The notes under the pieces were generated by a model, which saw only the letters and a list, made by a program, of their open reading frames with translations, did not search any database and had not been told where the DNA came from. A stretch of 45,381 bases of DNA from Candidatus Saccharimonadota bacterium (GTDB lineage Bacteria; Patescibacteriota; Saccharimonadia; Saccharimonadales; Saccharimonadaceae), in the NCBI GenBank assembly GCA_013332965.2, contig JABCPR020000048.1, positions 1 through 45,381 on the forward strand, given 5' to 3'. A program made the position numbers and the translations under genes. Positions 26,468-36,123 of this stretch are shown here, piece after piece. Numbering within the stretch: position 1 is the stretch's first letter; each line of letters opens with the position of its first letter.

Positions 26468-28747
26468 ATGGGAAATCCTGAAAATAGGGGCGGAAATGCA
26501 TTAAATAGTGATGGTGGAAGAAACGATGCTTTTGATGCATGGAATAAGGTGTTAGCTTCTAAAGCTTCTTGGGAAGAAAGGGCCAAGCAGATAGCTGAGG
26601 AGGTAAAAGGGGTGTCTTCTTGGAGAAATGCTGGAGGCTATGAGCCTGGTTATAAATCTGAATGGACGGATACAGCTACTGATAAAACAAATGATAAGGC
26701 GGATAACGTTAATCGTGTCGATAATGCTAGTATTGCTAGTGAGCCAGCAAAAAACGAATATACTTACCATATTAATCCAGAAGATGTTCGAGGTGTTGAT
26801 CCGGAATTAGTAGTGGATATTAATGGTATTCTTAAAAACATGAATCAGGATAAGGACAAAAGTGCAGAAAAAAGTCCTAACGAAGATAAATCTTCTGTAG
26901 TGAATACTACTGAAAAAAATGGCAATAATAAAAATGGGGTTGATACAAAAAAAGATAGCGTAGATAGTGTTAAAACACCGGATGATGGAAACTTCGCAAA
27001 TAAGGAGCAGATAGAGAAAGAAGTTACAAAGAATTGGAAGAGTCTAAAAAGATACGAAGAGGCTTCGGCATTAAATTCTGAAAATCTTGAAAAGAAACGT
27101 GGTTTGGTAGCTGGCATCCTCGAAAAGATTAAAACTTCTGGTTTCGGAAAGAGGGTTGCGATTAGGGCGATTATTACTGTTCTTACTGGAATGACTTTGT
27201 TTCCGATTTTTAATCCAGGCGCGAGAGCAAAAAAAGGTAATATGGCTCTTAATAATCAAACCGCAATTGAGTCTACCCAGGATACGCTTGATGTGGCAGA
27301 AGATAATCAGAACGTATTAGATGAAACAAATGCTGAAAAAACTGATGGCATGATTGAGGTGACTACTGAGTCTGGTGATAAACTCATGGTCGACGGGACT
27401 CTTAGAGGATCAAATAATTTTAATAACTTCTTCGATACTGCCAATAAAAGGAGTAAGCAGGCCTTAACTACTCGTGACGGGCGATTAGCTAATGAACGTG
27501 AGGTTTATGCAGAAGCTGAATCTGATCCTGCAAAAAGGGATGAATACACTAAGATAGGTATTGAGAGCTTAAATAATACAAGACTAGAAATTCCAAAGCT
27601 GTCACTTGACCTATATGTATTGGGTTATTTTGGTGAGAATACGCTTTCTGATGAAGAGCTTGAACAAAAGAGTTTTGAGTTGACTCAAAATCCTGATGCA
27701 TATAAAAACGCGTGTGAGTGGCGAAAGAATTTTGAGAACGAAAAACGTGAAAAGGGCTTTAAGTATAAGCTTGATTTTACAGATGGGGACTTTCTATCAC
27801 AGTATGCAAGGACATTTAAGGACAAGAATGGCGTTGATCATGTAATGGTTAAGGGCGATAGTTTTGTGGACAACGAAACTGGTAGATTGCTTCTTGTCGA
27901 GGTAAATGATCAAGGGGTGCCTTTGTTAGAATTGCCGGAATACTTCTCGGCGAAAAAACGAGGATTGGAGCGATCTGGGGTTAGCTTTGCTGGCCTAAAT
28001 GAGCAGCAAATTAGGGCTAAGGTTAATGGTTATAAGTATAAAGGCGAGGAACTTGGATGCGATCAGCTATGTTTTGAACGAATACCAAATAAACATCCAG
28101 ATGATTTTACGAAGACCCCTGAAGATCACAGCACTCCTGAGGATTCTTCAACGCATAACTATATAACTCCAACTCCTAATAAGGAACCTGTGCCAGTCCC
28201 TACACCTGAACCAGAGCCAGAGCCACAAACTCCAGGTGAAAATACAGTTACTCCAAATAATAATCCACAGAATAATCCAAATGATAATCCAGGTGATAAA
28301 CCAGGTAACAAACCAAATAATAACCCAAATGACAACCCAGGTGATAATCCTGGTGGAAAGACTGTGGAACTAGAAGGTAAGACTGATCATGTTGGTGTAG
28401 ACTTTGATCAAAATGATAATGAGGCTACTGGTACTGAAACTGATCAGAATAGGTCAGTTGCGATAAAGGACGAAGGAGAGAATATTATTCTCGAAAATGG
28501 GGCTGGCGACGTCGAAGAAAACGGTCAAGCATTTGCTGAACAGGCAGGAAACGAGTATAAGGCAACCATCGGAGACAAGAGCGAGGACAATGAAAGAACA
28601 GTCGAAGTTGGGGATGTAGATACTGATAGCAGAACAACTGTAGAGGCAGCTCAGACATTTGAAAACGATGATCATACCGTGAATGAGAAGGCAGACGAAG
28701 ATTCAAATGGATTTGAAAATTTCACGTACGAAAATCTATTTAATTAA
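26468..28747 (+). CDS. Large acidic hypothetical protein with internal hydrophobic helix and Pro/Asn repeats
   Basis: ~759 aa from ATG 26468 with GAGGA RBS; VAIRAIITVLTGMTLFPIF segment; PEPEPEP and NNNPNDNPGD repeats. Confidence 0.85.
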   Translation: MGNPENRGGNALNSDGGRNDAFDAWNKVLASKASWEERAKQIAEEVKGVSSWRNAGGYEPGYKSEWTDTATDKTNDKADNVNRVDNASIASEPAKNEYTYHINPEDVRGVDPELVVDINGILKNMNQDKDKSAEKSPNEDKSSVVNTTEKNGNNKNGVDTKKDSVDSVKTPDDGNFANKEQIEKEVTKNWKSLKRYEEASALNSENLEKKRGLVAGILEKIKTSGFGKRVAIRAIITVLTGMTLFPIFNPGARAKKGNMALNNQTAIESTQDTLDVAEDNQNVLDETNAEKTDGMIEVTTESGDKLMVDGTLRGSNNFNNFFDTANKRSKQALTTRDGRLANEREVYAEAESDPAKRDEYTKIGIESLNNTRLEIPKLSLDLYVLGYFGENTLSDEELEQKSFELTQNPDAYKNACEWRKNFENEKREKGFKYKLDFTDGDFLSQYARTFKDKNGVDHVMVKGDSFVDNETGRLLLVEVNDQGVPLLELPEYFSAKKRGLERSGVSFAGLNEQQIRAKVNGYKYKGEELGCDQLCFERIPNKHPDDFTKTPEDHSTPEDSSTHNYITPTPNKEPVPVPTPEPEPEPQTPGENTVTPNNNPQNNPNDNPGDKPGNKPNNNPNDNPGDNPGGKTVELEGKTDHVGVDFDQNDNEATGTETDQNRSVAIKDEGENIILENGAGDVEENGQAFAEQAGNEYKATIGDKSEDNERTVEVGDVDTDSRTTVEAAQTFENDDHTVNEKADEDSNGFENFTYENLFN
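28170..28355 (+). repeat. Coding Pro/Asn-rich tandem repeats
   Basis: TPEPEPEPQTP and 4-aa NP/KP units. Confidence 0.7.
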
Positions 28748-28797
28748 AAGTTAGCTAAATTCAATATTGTAGAGTCATAAAAATAAAAAGGAGAGAA

Positions 28798-30132
28798 ATG
28801 AGAATAAACACAAATACAAAAACTTGGGATGCGTGGCGCCGAACGGCGCACCGTATCCTACCGGCGGTAGGATTAGTCGCCTTAGGGGCCGTAGCGACTA
28901 TTCCAGCTGCGGATACTCATGCGTATGATACGTGGGGCCCAGAACGACCAACCTATACATGGGATAAACCTGCAGATCATGCAACGATGAACTCGATTAC
29001 TAATAACCGAGCGCTTGGCGATGAACGAAACTTCGTAAGGATTAAGAAGGTCGGCAGCCAAGATAAATTTGGTGACAATGTAGTAGCTGAGCCAGGTGCT
29101 GAATATGAGGTGCAGGTCTTCTTTCACAATAATGCGGCAGCTAATCTTAATGATAGGACTGGACGTACCTATGCACAAAATTTACGCTTAGTCATGCAGG
29201 AAATCCCTGAAAATATTCAAAAGGGTGAGAATGTAATGATTAAAGGTACAATCTCGGCTACTAATACTAGCCCGCTTGAGGTTTGGGACACTGCTTATAT
29301 GCAGGCTAATGAATCGGTGTCACTGAGATATATTCGTGGTTCTGCAAGAATTTATAACCAGGGTGCATTGAATAATAAACTGATTGACGATGATGCATTA
29401 TTTGGAAAGAATGGTGGAACTCGTCTAGGGTTTGACCACTGGGGTCTTTTACCAGGCTGTAATGAATATTCTGGCCATGTTTCTTTTAGAATCAGGGTTG
29501 ATAAGTCTGCATTTGATATGGACAAGACTGTATCTAAAGATACCGCAAATGATTATAAGAATACGATTGACGCTGAGCCTGGCGAGACACTTGATTTTAA
29601 GATTTTATTTAAGAACACAGGAACTACATTGTTAAAAAATGTTATTACTTATGACCTCCTTGGTAAGGGAATGTCATTTATTCCTGGGACGACTAGAATC
29701 TTCAATATTACTCATCCAAATGGTACTTTTGAGAAGGATGATTTATTTACTAATGGGTTTAACATCGGTGACTACAAGGCTGGTATGGAGGCAACGATTA
29801 CCTATAAGGTAAAAATCGATGACGATGAAAAAATGTATCCATGTGGTCAGACTGTGGTTATTGAGAATAATTCTGCGGTTGGCGTAAAGACCGTAACGAT
29901 CCATGATAAAGTAAAGGTCCGTGTAACTCGTAAATGTAAAGATACGCCAAAAGAGACTCCGAAACCAGATCCAAAGACTCCTGAGACGCCAAAGGAACTT
30001 CCACATACTGGTGCTTCGGAAGTTGTATTGGGGATCGTGGTCGCAGCTGTGATCGGTATTGGTGGTGCTTACTATATCGCCTCAATGAAGCAGCTTAACA
30101 AGCTTGAATCTGCCGCTAAAGGCAAAAAGTAA
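28798..30132 (+). CDS. Secreted DUF11/Ig-like protein with LPxTG-type sorting signal
   Basis: Signal peptide, KTV...AEPGETLDFKI.FKNTG, Pro/Lys linker, LPHTG, TM helix and basic tail. Confidence 0.85.
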   Translation: MRINTNTKTWDAWRRTAHRILPAVGLVALGAVATIPAADTHAYDTWGPERPTYTWDKPADHATMNSITNNRALGDERNFVRIKKVGSQDKFGDNVVAEPGAEYEVQVFFHNNAAANLNDRTGRTYAQNLRLVMQEIPENIQKGENVMIKGTISATNTSPLEVWDTAYMQANESVSLRYIRGSARIYNQGALNNKLIDDDALFGKNGGTRLGFDHWGLLPGCNEYSGHVSFRIRVDKSAFDMDKTVSKDTANDYKNTIDAEPGETLDFKILFKNTGTTLLKNVITYDLLGKGMSFIPGTTRIFNITHPNGTFEKDDLFTNGFNIGDYKAGMEATITYKVKIDDDEKMYPCGQTVVIENNSAVGVKTVTIHDKVKVRVTRKCKDTPKETPKPDPKTPETPKELPHTGASEVVLGIVVAAVIGIGGAYYIASMKQLNKLESAAKGKK

Positions 30133-30226
30133 TAATTAGTAGGAAATAAAGAAAAATATCACTGGTCATCTTTGGGAGAATAAAGAATGCCCAGATTGAA
30201 TAAAATATTTATACAGCTTACTATTC

Positions 30227-30368
30227 GCACATTAAAACCTGAGTATCGCAGAAAAATAAAAAATATTTTTCGACATTGTGAATAGGACTTGGGCGCACAT
30301 TATTATGGCACATTAGTTTAGATAATTCATGTAATATTGTCTGAATTTATATACAATTTTGCACATTA
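30227..30368 (+). repeat. Four GCACATTA direct repeats
   Basis: Copies start at 30227, 30295, 30308 and 30361. Confidence 0.6.
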
Positions 30369-30508
30369 AAATATGACTCAATTTTCTCACTTTTAAATTT
30401 TAAAATCTTAACTTTCTCGCAGTTAGTTTAGATACTTAGAGTGATGCGTTGCTTTTTATAGGGAGATATGATAAAATTATTCCTAGTTATTACTAAATAA
30501 GGAATATT

Positions 30509-30817
30509 ATGAAAAAGGCAGTTGTACTCATCGGCGGCAAACAATATGTCGTTGCTGAGCAAGAGACCCTACGGGTGGACCTCCTCCCGGCAGGAACAAA
30601 AGAGCTCGAAACTGGCGCATTACTTCTGATTGATGGAGATAAAATTACTGTAGGTACTCCTGAAGTCAAGGGCGTAAAGGTTTCAGCTAAGGTGGTTGAA
30701 GAGAAGATCGCTGGTGATAAAATTCGCGTAATTCGTTACCACTCAAAGAAGCGTGTACATAAGGAAACTGGACACCGCCAAAAATATAGTTTGATTGAAA
30801 TCACTTCAATTAAATAA
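30509..30817 (+). CDS. rplU: 50S ribosomal protein L21
   Basis: GGKQY.V, VGTP.V and GHRQKYS.IEI motifs. Confidence 0.95.
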   Translation: MKKAVVLIGGKQYVVAEQETLRVDLLPAGTKELETGALLLIDGDKITVGTPEVKGVKVSAKVVEEKIAGDKIRVIRYHSKKRVHKETGHRQKYSLIEITSIK

Positions 30818-30829
30818 TCTTGGGGGACG

Positions 30830-30856
30830 AAAAAGACTCGAACTCGAGTCTTTTTT
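30830..30856 (+). terminator. Intrinsic terminator
   Basis: AAAAAGACTCG-AACT-CGAGTCTTTTTT. Confidence 0.85.
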
Positions 30857-30881
30857 AGTGTTTATGGTAATATATAGATAT

Positions 30882-31685
30882 ATGGCGACGGTGATTTGTA
30901 TAACTAATCAAAAAGGGGGTGTTGGAAAAACGACTACGGCGGTTAATTTGGCGTATTTTCTAGCAAAAGATAAAAAGAAAACACTTTTAGTTGATTTTGA
31001 CCCACAGGGAAATGCCACTTCTGGTCTTGGTATTGACAAGGCTCCACTGGAAGAGAGCTATGAAAAAACTGGTACTAGTGCAACAATGTCAGAAGTTTTG
31101 CTTGGCCAGAAAGAGATTAAAGAAATTATTTTGAATACTAAATTTAAAGAGCTTGATTTGGCTCCGGTAACACCACAATTAGCTAATGCCGAAGTAAATT
31201 TAGCGAGTTTGGATAAAAAATTTATTCAACTTAGGAATGCTATAAATCGAGTAAAAGATTTATACGATTACGTAATTATCGATTCACCACCAAGTTTATC
31301 ACTTTTAACGGTAAACGGTATGATTGCATCGGACTACCTTTTATTGCCGGTTCAGACTGAATTTTATGCTCTGGAAGGCGGGGCGCAGCTGCTTGATTCT
31401 GTAAAATTAGTGCGTAAGGCCATGAATCCTGATTTGAAGCTCTTAGGGGTGCTTGCAACTATGTATGACAAGCGAACTTCGCTTTCTGTGCAGGTGGTTG
31501 AGGAGATTCAGAAGTATTTTAAAGATAAGGTATTTAAGACCTTAATTCCAAGAAATGTGAGGCTGGCGGAAGCGCCGAGTCATGGGGTGCCAGTGGGGGC
31601 TTATGATCCATTTAGTAAGGGATCGCGTGCATATAAGGATTTAGCTAAAGAAGTAATTAAGCGCGTGGAAAAAGGAGAAAAATAA
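30882..31685 (+). CDS. parA: Chromosome partition ATPase ParA/Soj
   Basis: NQKGGVGKTT, DFDPQGNAT, IDSPPSL and RNVRLAEAPS motifs; start at ATG 30882. Confidence 0.95.
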   Translation: MATVICITNQKGGVGKTTTAVNLAYFLAKDKKKTLLVDFDPQGNATSGLGIDKAPLEESYEKTGTSATMSEVLLGQKEIKEIILNTKFKELDLAPVTPQLANAEVNLASLDKKFIQLRNAINRVKDLYDYVIIDSPPSLSLLTVNGMIASDYLLLPVQTEFYALEGGAQLLDSVKLVRKAMNPDLKLLGVLATMYDKRTSLSVQVVEEIQKYFKDKVFKTLIPRNVRLAEAPSHGVPVGAYDPFSKGSRAYKDLAKEVIKRVEKGEK

Positions 31686-32533
31686 TGGCCGGTAGAGGAC
31701 TCGGGAGAGGGTTTGATAGTCTGATCCCTACAGATATTGTAGAGAATGATTTTGATATTACTGCGTCTCAGGACGCAAAAGAAAGCCAGTTGATTGAGCT
31801 TGATCTCTCGCTGATTGTTCCGGATGAAGATCAGCCACGTAAGGATTTTTCCGAAGAAGCATTGGCGGCACTGGCTAATTCGATTCGTGAGCATGGAGTG
31901 TTGCAGCCAATCGTCGTCGTTAAGGATGGAGCCAAATATAAAATTGTTGCCGGCGAGAGGCGATACAGAGCGTCAAAACTAGCTGGTTTAGAGAAAATTC
32001 CGGCAATTATTCGTACACTCGACGCACAAAATAGACTGGAGCTTTCTATTATTGAAAACGCTCAACGCGAAGATTTGAATGCGATTGAAATGGCGACTGC
32101 ATATGCAAAGCTAAAAAACCAATTTAATTTGAGTCAATCAGAGATTGCAGTGAGAGTAGGAAAAAGCGAATCTTCGATTGTGAATACGATGAGGCTGCTA
32201 AACCTTCCAGATGAAGTTAAACATGCGATGATTGAACACAATCTTACTGAAGGCGTGATGAGGCCGTTAATCTCGGCAGACGCGGAACTTGTAAAGAAAG
32301 TATTACCACTAATCATTGAGGAGGGGTGGTCAGCAAGGCAGGTAGAGCGTTATATCGCGGAACACAAAAAACGTAGCTCGGCGAAAATTGTGAAGGAAAA
32401 TGTTTTTTTGAGACAGGAAGAAGATTTGAGCGCAAAATATGGGGCAAGAGTGAGAGTGCGAGGGAGGACTTTAACTCTGGCATGCAAGAACGATGAAGAA
32501 TTAAAGCGTTTGATTGATAGACTTTCGGACTAG
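31685..32533 (+). CDS. parB: Chromosome partition protein ParB/Spo0J
   Basis: GLGRG, QPRKDF, HGVLQPI, AGERRYRA and IENAQREDL motifs. Confidence 0.95.
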   Translation: MAGRGLGRGFDSLIPTDIVENDFDITASQDAKESQLIELDLSLIVPDEDQPRKDFSEEALAALANSIREHGVLQPIVVVKDGAKYKIVAGERRYRASKLAGLEKIPAIIRTLDAQNRLELSIIENAQREDLNAIEMATAYAKLKNQFNLSQSEIAVRVGKSESSIVNTMRLLNLPDEVKHAMIEHNLTEGVMRPLISADAELVKKVLPLIIEEGWSARQVERYIAEHKKRSSAKIVKENVFLRQEEDLSAKYGARVRVRGRTLTLACKNDEELKRLIDRLSD

Positions 32534-32601
32534 TTGAGAAGACTCTGGATTGAATAAGAAAGTTGTTCAATAAAAAATATAAGGAGCTTTGCGAAAACAA
32601 A

Positions 32602-34224
32602 ATGGTAGACGTAGATAAGGAAACTGATCTGAATAAAAAAGTTGTACATACAGAGGCCAAAGGTGATATGGATAAAAAGGTAGTACGACCAGAGACCAAA
32701 GGTGATTTGAATAAAAAAGTAGTACGACAAGAGGCCGATGATGGAGTGAATAAAAAAGTTGTACAACCAGAGACTGATGGCGAAAGAGTGAAAAAGGCAA
32801 TTGAGTTTGCGAAAAAGGCACATGAGGGGCAGAAGCGAAAAACGGGGGAGCCTTATATTATTCATCCGATGGCAGTAATGCGGACCTTGATGGACTGGGG
32901 AATGGATGAGGATACCATAATTGCCGGCGTTTTGCATGACACTGTAGAAGATACAGAGGTGACACTGGAAGATATTAAGAGGGAATTTGGTGAATCGGTG
33001 GCCTTTTTGGTGGACGGAGTGACGAAAATTGGTAAGGCAAGACAGGGGATGCGAGATATTGATACCTATTTGCCGGCTACCAGAGACAATTTATTAAGGT
33101 TACTAGTCGCAACAGGGGCGGATATTCGAGTTCTGATTATTAAACTTGCGGATAGATTGCATAATTTAAGGACGCTTTCGGCGCTTTCGCCGGAAAAACA
33201 GAAGAAAATTGCCAAGGAAAGCCTAGAAATTTTTGCGCCACTTGCGGATAGATTGAATATGGGGAAACTTAGGGTGGAAATGTCTGATATTGCCTTTTCA
33301 TATGTGGATCCAAAGAGATATAAAGAACTAAAGGAAATCATTGAGAAGCGGAATCAGTCTGCCGAGAAGGCCTTAAAAAGGATAAAAAATGAGGTCAGTA
33401 CTGTACTGACACGCGAAAAAATCAATTTTGAGATAAACGGACGAGTAAAATCGGTCTATTCTTTGCATAAGAAGTTGGCGAAATACAATCAAAATATCGA
33501 TGAAGTGTATGATTTGACAGCTTTACGAGTGATTGTGGATGATATTACGAGTTGTTACCTAGTTTTAGGTTTAATTCATTCGTTATATACGCCCATGACG
33601 GGGAGAATTAAGGATTATGTGGCGGTGCCAAAACAAAATGGTTATCAATCGCTACATACGACGGTGATTACCCCTGATAAGAGGATTGTGGAGTTTCAGA
33701 TTCGCACAAAGGATATGCATGAATATGCCGAGAGAGGGCTTGCGGCGAGCTTCTATTATAATGAGCAGAAGCTGACGGAGAGCTATAAAACAGGAAAGAT
33801 TCAGCATTTACCAACTAACTTATTGTGGATTTCAGAACTACAGATGGCGGCAGCAAAACTAAGAGACGGTAAACAAATCGACCTAAAGAAGCTGAAATTG
33901 AACCTTTTTGCAGATAAAATTTTTGTCTATACGCCAAAAGGTGACATTATCGACCTTCCGATGGGAGCTTTGCCACTTGACTTTGCGTACAGACTGCATT
34001 CGGAGCTGGGTGGACATGTGATGGGGGCAAAGATTAATGGTAAATTATCTAATTTGAACACAAAATTAAAGAGCGGCGATGTGGTGGAAATTATTACGAG
34101 CAAGAACCAAATGGTGAGGCCGAGCTGGTTGGATAAAATTATTACACCACATGCAAGGGCGAAAATTAAACAGCAACTTGGTAAAACTTTTGAGTCAATA
34201 ATGGGTTCAAAGAAAAAGCAATAG
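32602..34224 (+). CDS. rel: RelA/SpoT homologue (HD + synthetase + TGS, C-terminally short)
   Basis: HEGQKRKTGEPYIIHP, LHDTVED, GRVKS, KQNGYQSLHT, EFQIRT and TPKG...DFAY motifs; start uncertain. Confidence 0.92.
   Translation: MVDVDKETDLNKKVVHTEAKGDMDKKVVRPETKGDLNKKVVRQEADDGVNKKVVQPETDGERVKKAIEFAKKAHEGQKRKTGEPYIIHPMAVMRTLMDWGMDEDTIIAGVLHDTVEDTEVTLEDIKREFGESVAFLVDGVTKIGKARQGMRDIDTYLPATRDNLLRLLVATGADIRVLIIKLADRLHNLRTLSALSPEKQKKIAKESLEIFAPLADRLNMGKLRVEMSDIAFSYVDPKRYKELKEIIEKRNQSAEKALKRIKNEVSTVLTREKINFEINGRVKSVYSLHKKLAKYNQNIDEVYDLTALRVIVDDITSCYLVLGLIHSLYTPMTGRIKDYVAVPKQNGYQSLHTTVITPDKRIVEFQIRTKDMHEYAERGLAASFYYNEQKLTESYKTGKIQHLPTNLLWISELQMAAAKLRDGKQIDLKKLKLNLFADKIFVYTPKGDIIDLPMGALPLDFAYRLHSELGGHVMGAKINGKLSNLNTKLKSGDVVEIITSKNQMVRPSWLDKIITPHARAKIKQQLGKTFESIMGSKKKQ
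32626..32781 (+). repeat. Four 39-bp (13-aa) tandem repeats in the rel 5' end
   Basis: DLNKKVVHTEAKG / DMDKKVVRPETKG / DLNKKVVRQEADD / GVNKKVVQPETDG. Confidence 0.9.
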
Positions 34225-34258
34225 CGGAATAAAAATAATTAAATTAATAAAAAAATAG

Positions 34259-34302
34259 AAAGTAAGCTAAGCGGAAAGAAAAAAGCTTTAGCTTACTTTT
34301 TT
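34259..34302 (+). terminator. Probable terminator after rel
   Basis: AAAGTAAGCTAAGC...GCTTTAGCTTACTTT followed by T-tract. Confidence 0.65.
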
Positions 34303-34362
34303 GTTAATTCATCTCTATAAACTCAGTAAAAAAGATGTCGCTTATGATATAATCAGAATTAA

Positions 34363-36117
34363 ATGAAAGTTAAGCAAATGCGGAAACGAACGGACTTGAT
34401 TAGGGTACTGCTTGCGCTTTGTTTTATTTTGATTGTTGCGAGGATGTATGACCTACAGATCGTATCGCATCAAAAATATGTTGACCTGGCGATGTCGCAA
34501 CAGACGATGCAGAATACAATTTTTGCAAAACGCGGCGAAATCTATATGATGGATGGGGATAATACCACGCCAGTAGTGATGAACGAGAAGGTTTATACGA
34601 TTTCGGTGGATCCATTTTTGTTGCGCAGTGAGGGTGGGAAGGAGCTAAAAGAAGATGAGGCAAAAATCGATCAGCTGGTGCAGGGTTATGCGGTAAATAC
34701 TTGGGATAAAGTATTCGCAAATGAGGCGTCGCGATATGCTGTGATTGCAAAAAATGTGCCATATGAAAGAGCAAAACAGATTAAAGAAGCAAAAATTACT
34801 GGTGTTTATGCGCAGGGCTCAACTAAACGAGTGTATCCGGAGGGGGATTTGGCGGCACAAGTGTTGGGGTTTGTGAATGCTGATGGAAAAGGGCAATATG
34901 GAATTGAGGGAAGCTTAAATAAGGAATTAACTGGTGTAAATGGTATCTTGAAGACAGTAAAAGACGTCAATAACATTCCGCTAACAATCGGGAAAAATAA
35001 CGTACGTGTGCCGGCGCAGGACGGAAAAAACGTAGTATTGTCGATTGATCGTAATATCCAGAAGAAAACTGAAGATGCAATTAAGGCCACTATAGAAAAG
35101 TTTCATGTAACAAATGCTTCGGCAGTGGTGATGAACCCAAGAAATGGCCAGATCTTGGCGATGGCGAGGACTCCAACCTATAATCCGGCTGAATATGCAA
35201 AGGTAACGGATGCGCGTGCATTTCAGACAGATGTGACGATGTCGGCTTTTAATCCGGCCTCAGTTTGTAAGACATTTGCACTGGCGGCGGCGGTGGATAG
35301 TGGCGTGATGACGCCGGAAACAACTTATAATAATACTGATCTTGTAACGATTGACGGTTGGCCGATTCAGAATGCGATTAAGGGGCATACTGGGAACATT
35401 TCAATGCAAGAGGTGTTGACGTATTCTTTGAACACTGGCTCGATTCAGGCTTTGAGGTTACTTGGCGGCTCGGAGACGGAGATCACTTATCAGGGCAAAG
35501 AAAAGCTTTATGATTATTACTATAATAGGTTTGGACTGGGGAAATATACTGGAATTGAGCTAGCAGAATCTAAAGGTACAGTGATTCCACCTACGGATAT
35601 TGATGGTACGAATGCGCGTTATGCGAATATGACGTTTGGTCAGAGTTTGGATTTGACGATGATACAGGTGGCAACAGCTTTTTCAGCGGTGGTGAATGGT
35701 GGTGATTATTACACGCCAACATTGGTGGCGGGGGAGATCAAAAATGGGGAGTTTGTGCGTGATACTTTGAAGGAACGTGATCATCAGGCGATTGAGTCGT
35801 CAACTAGCGAGACAATGCGAAAGATGCTACATACTGCGAGATTGGTTTTTCCAAATGTGAAATATTATGATGAGGGAGTTTATGTCGGCGGTAAGACTGG
35901 TACGGCGCAGGTGGTAAAAAACGGTAAATACACCTTTGATGAGACGATTGCGACTTATATTGGTTATGGGGCTAGATCAGAGACGGATTATCCTGAATAT
36001 GTGATTATGACAAAAGTTTGGGAGGACAATCGAAGGCTAGACGGTGGGATGAATGCCAAGCCAATTTTTGATGAGATTAGTCAGTTTATGGTAAACTATT
36101 TAAAGATGAGGAGGTAA
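34363..36117 (+). CDS. ftsI: Class B penicillin-binding protein (FtsI-like)
   Basis: N-terminal TM, RGEIY, RVYP, GQYGIE; SVCK (SxxK), SLN and KTG motifs. Confidence 0.88.
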   Translation: MKVKQMRKRTDLIRVLLALCFILIVARMYDLQIVSHQKYVDLAMSQQTMQNTIFAKRGEIYMMDGDNTTPVVMNEKVYTISVDPFLLRSEGGKELKEDEAKIDQLVQGYAVNTWDKVFANEASRYAVIAKNVPYERAKQIKEAKITGVYAQGSTKRVYPEGDLAAQVLGFVNADGKGQYGIEGSLNKELTGVNGILKTVKDVNNIPLTIGKNNVRVPAQDGKNVVLSIDRNIQKKTEDAIKATIEKFHVTNASAVVMNPRNGQILAMARTPTYNPAEYAKVTDARAFQTDVTMSAFNPASVCKTFALAAAVDSGVMTPETTYNNTDLVTIDGWPIQNAIKGHTGNISMQEVLTYSLNTGSIQALRLLGGSETEITYQGKEKLYDYYYNRFGLGKYTGIELAESKGTVIPPTDIDGTNARYANMTFGQSLDLTMIQVATAFSAVVNGGDYYTPTLVAGEIKNGEFVRDTLKERDHQAIESSTSETMRKMLHTARLVFPNVKYYDEGVYVGGKTGTAQVVKNGKYTFDETIATYIGYGARSETDYPEYVIMTKVWEDNRRLDGGMNAKPIFDEISQFMVNYLKMRR

Positions 36118-36123
36118 AAAACT

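Noticed and set aside
32626..32781. 39-bp repeats as a CRISPR array
   Set aside because: No spacers, variation is codon-like and in frame, and there are no cas genes.
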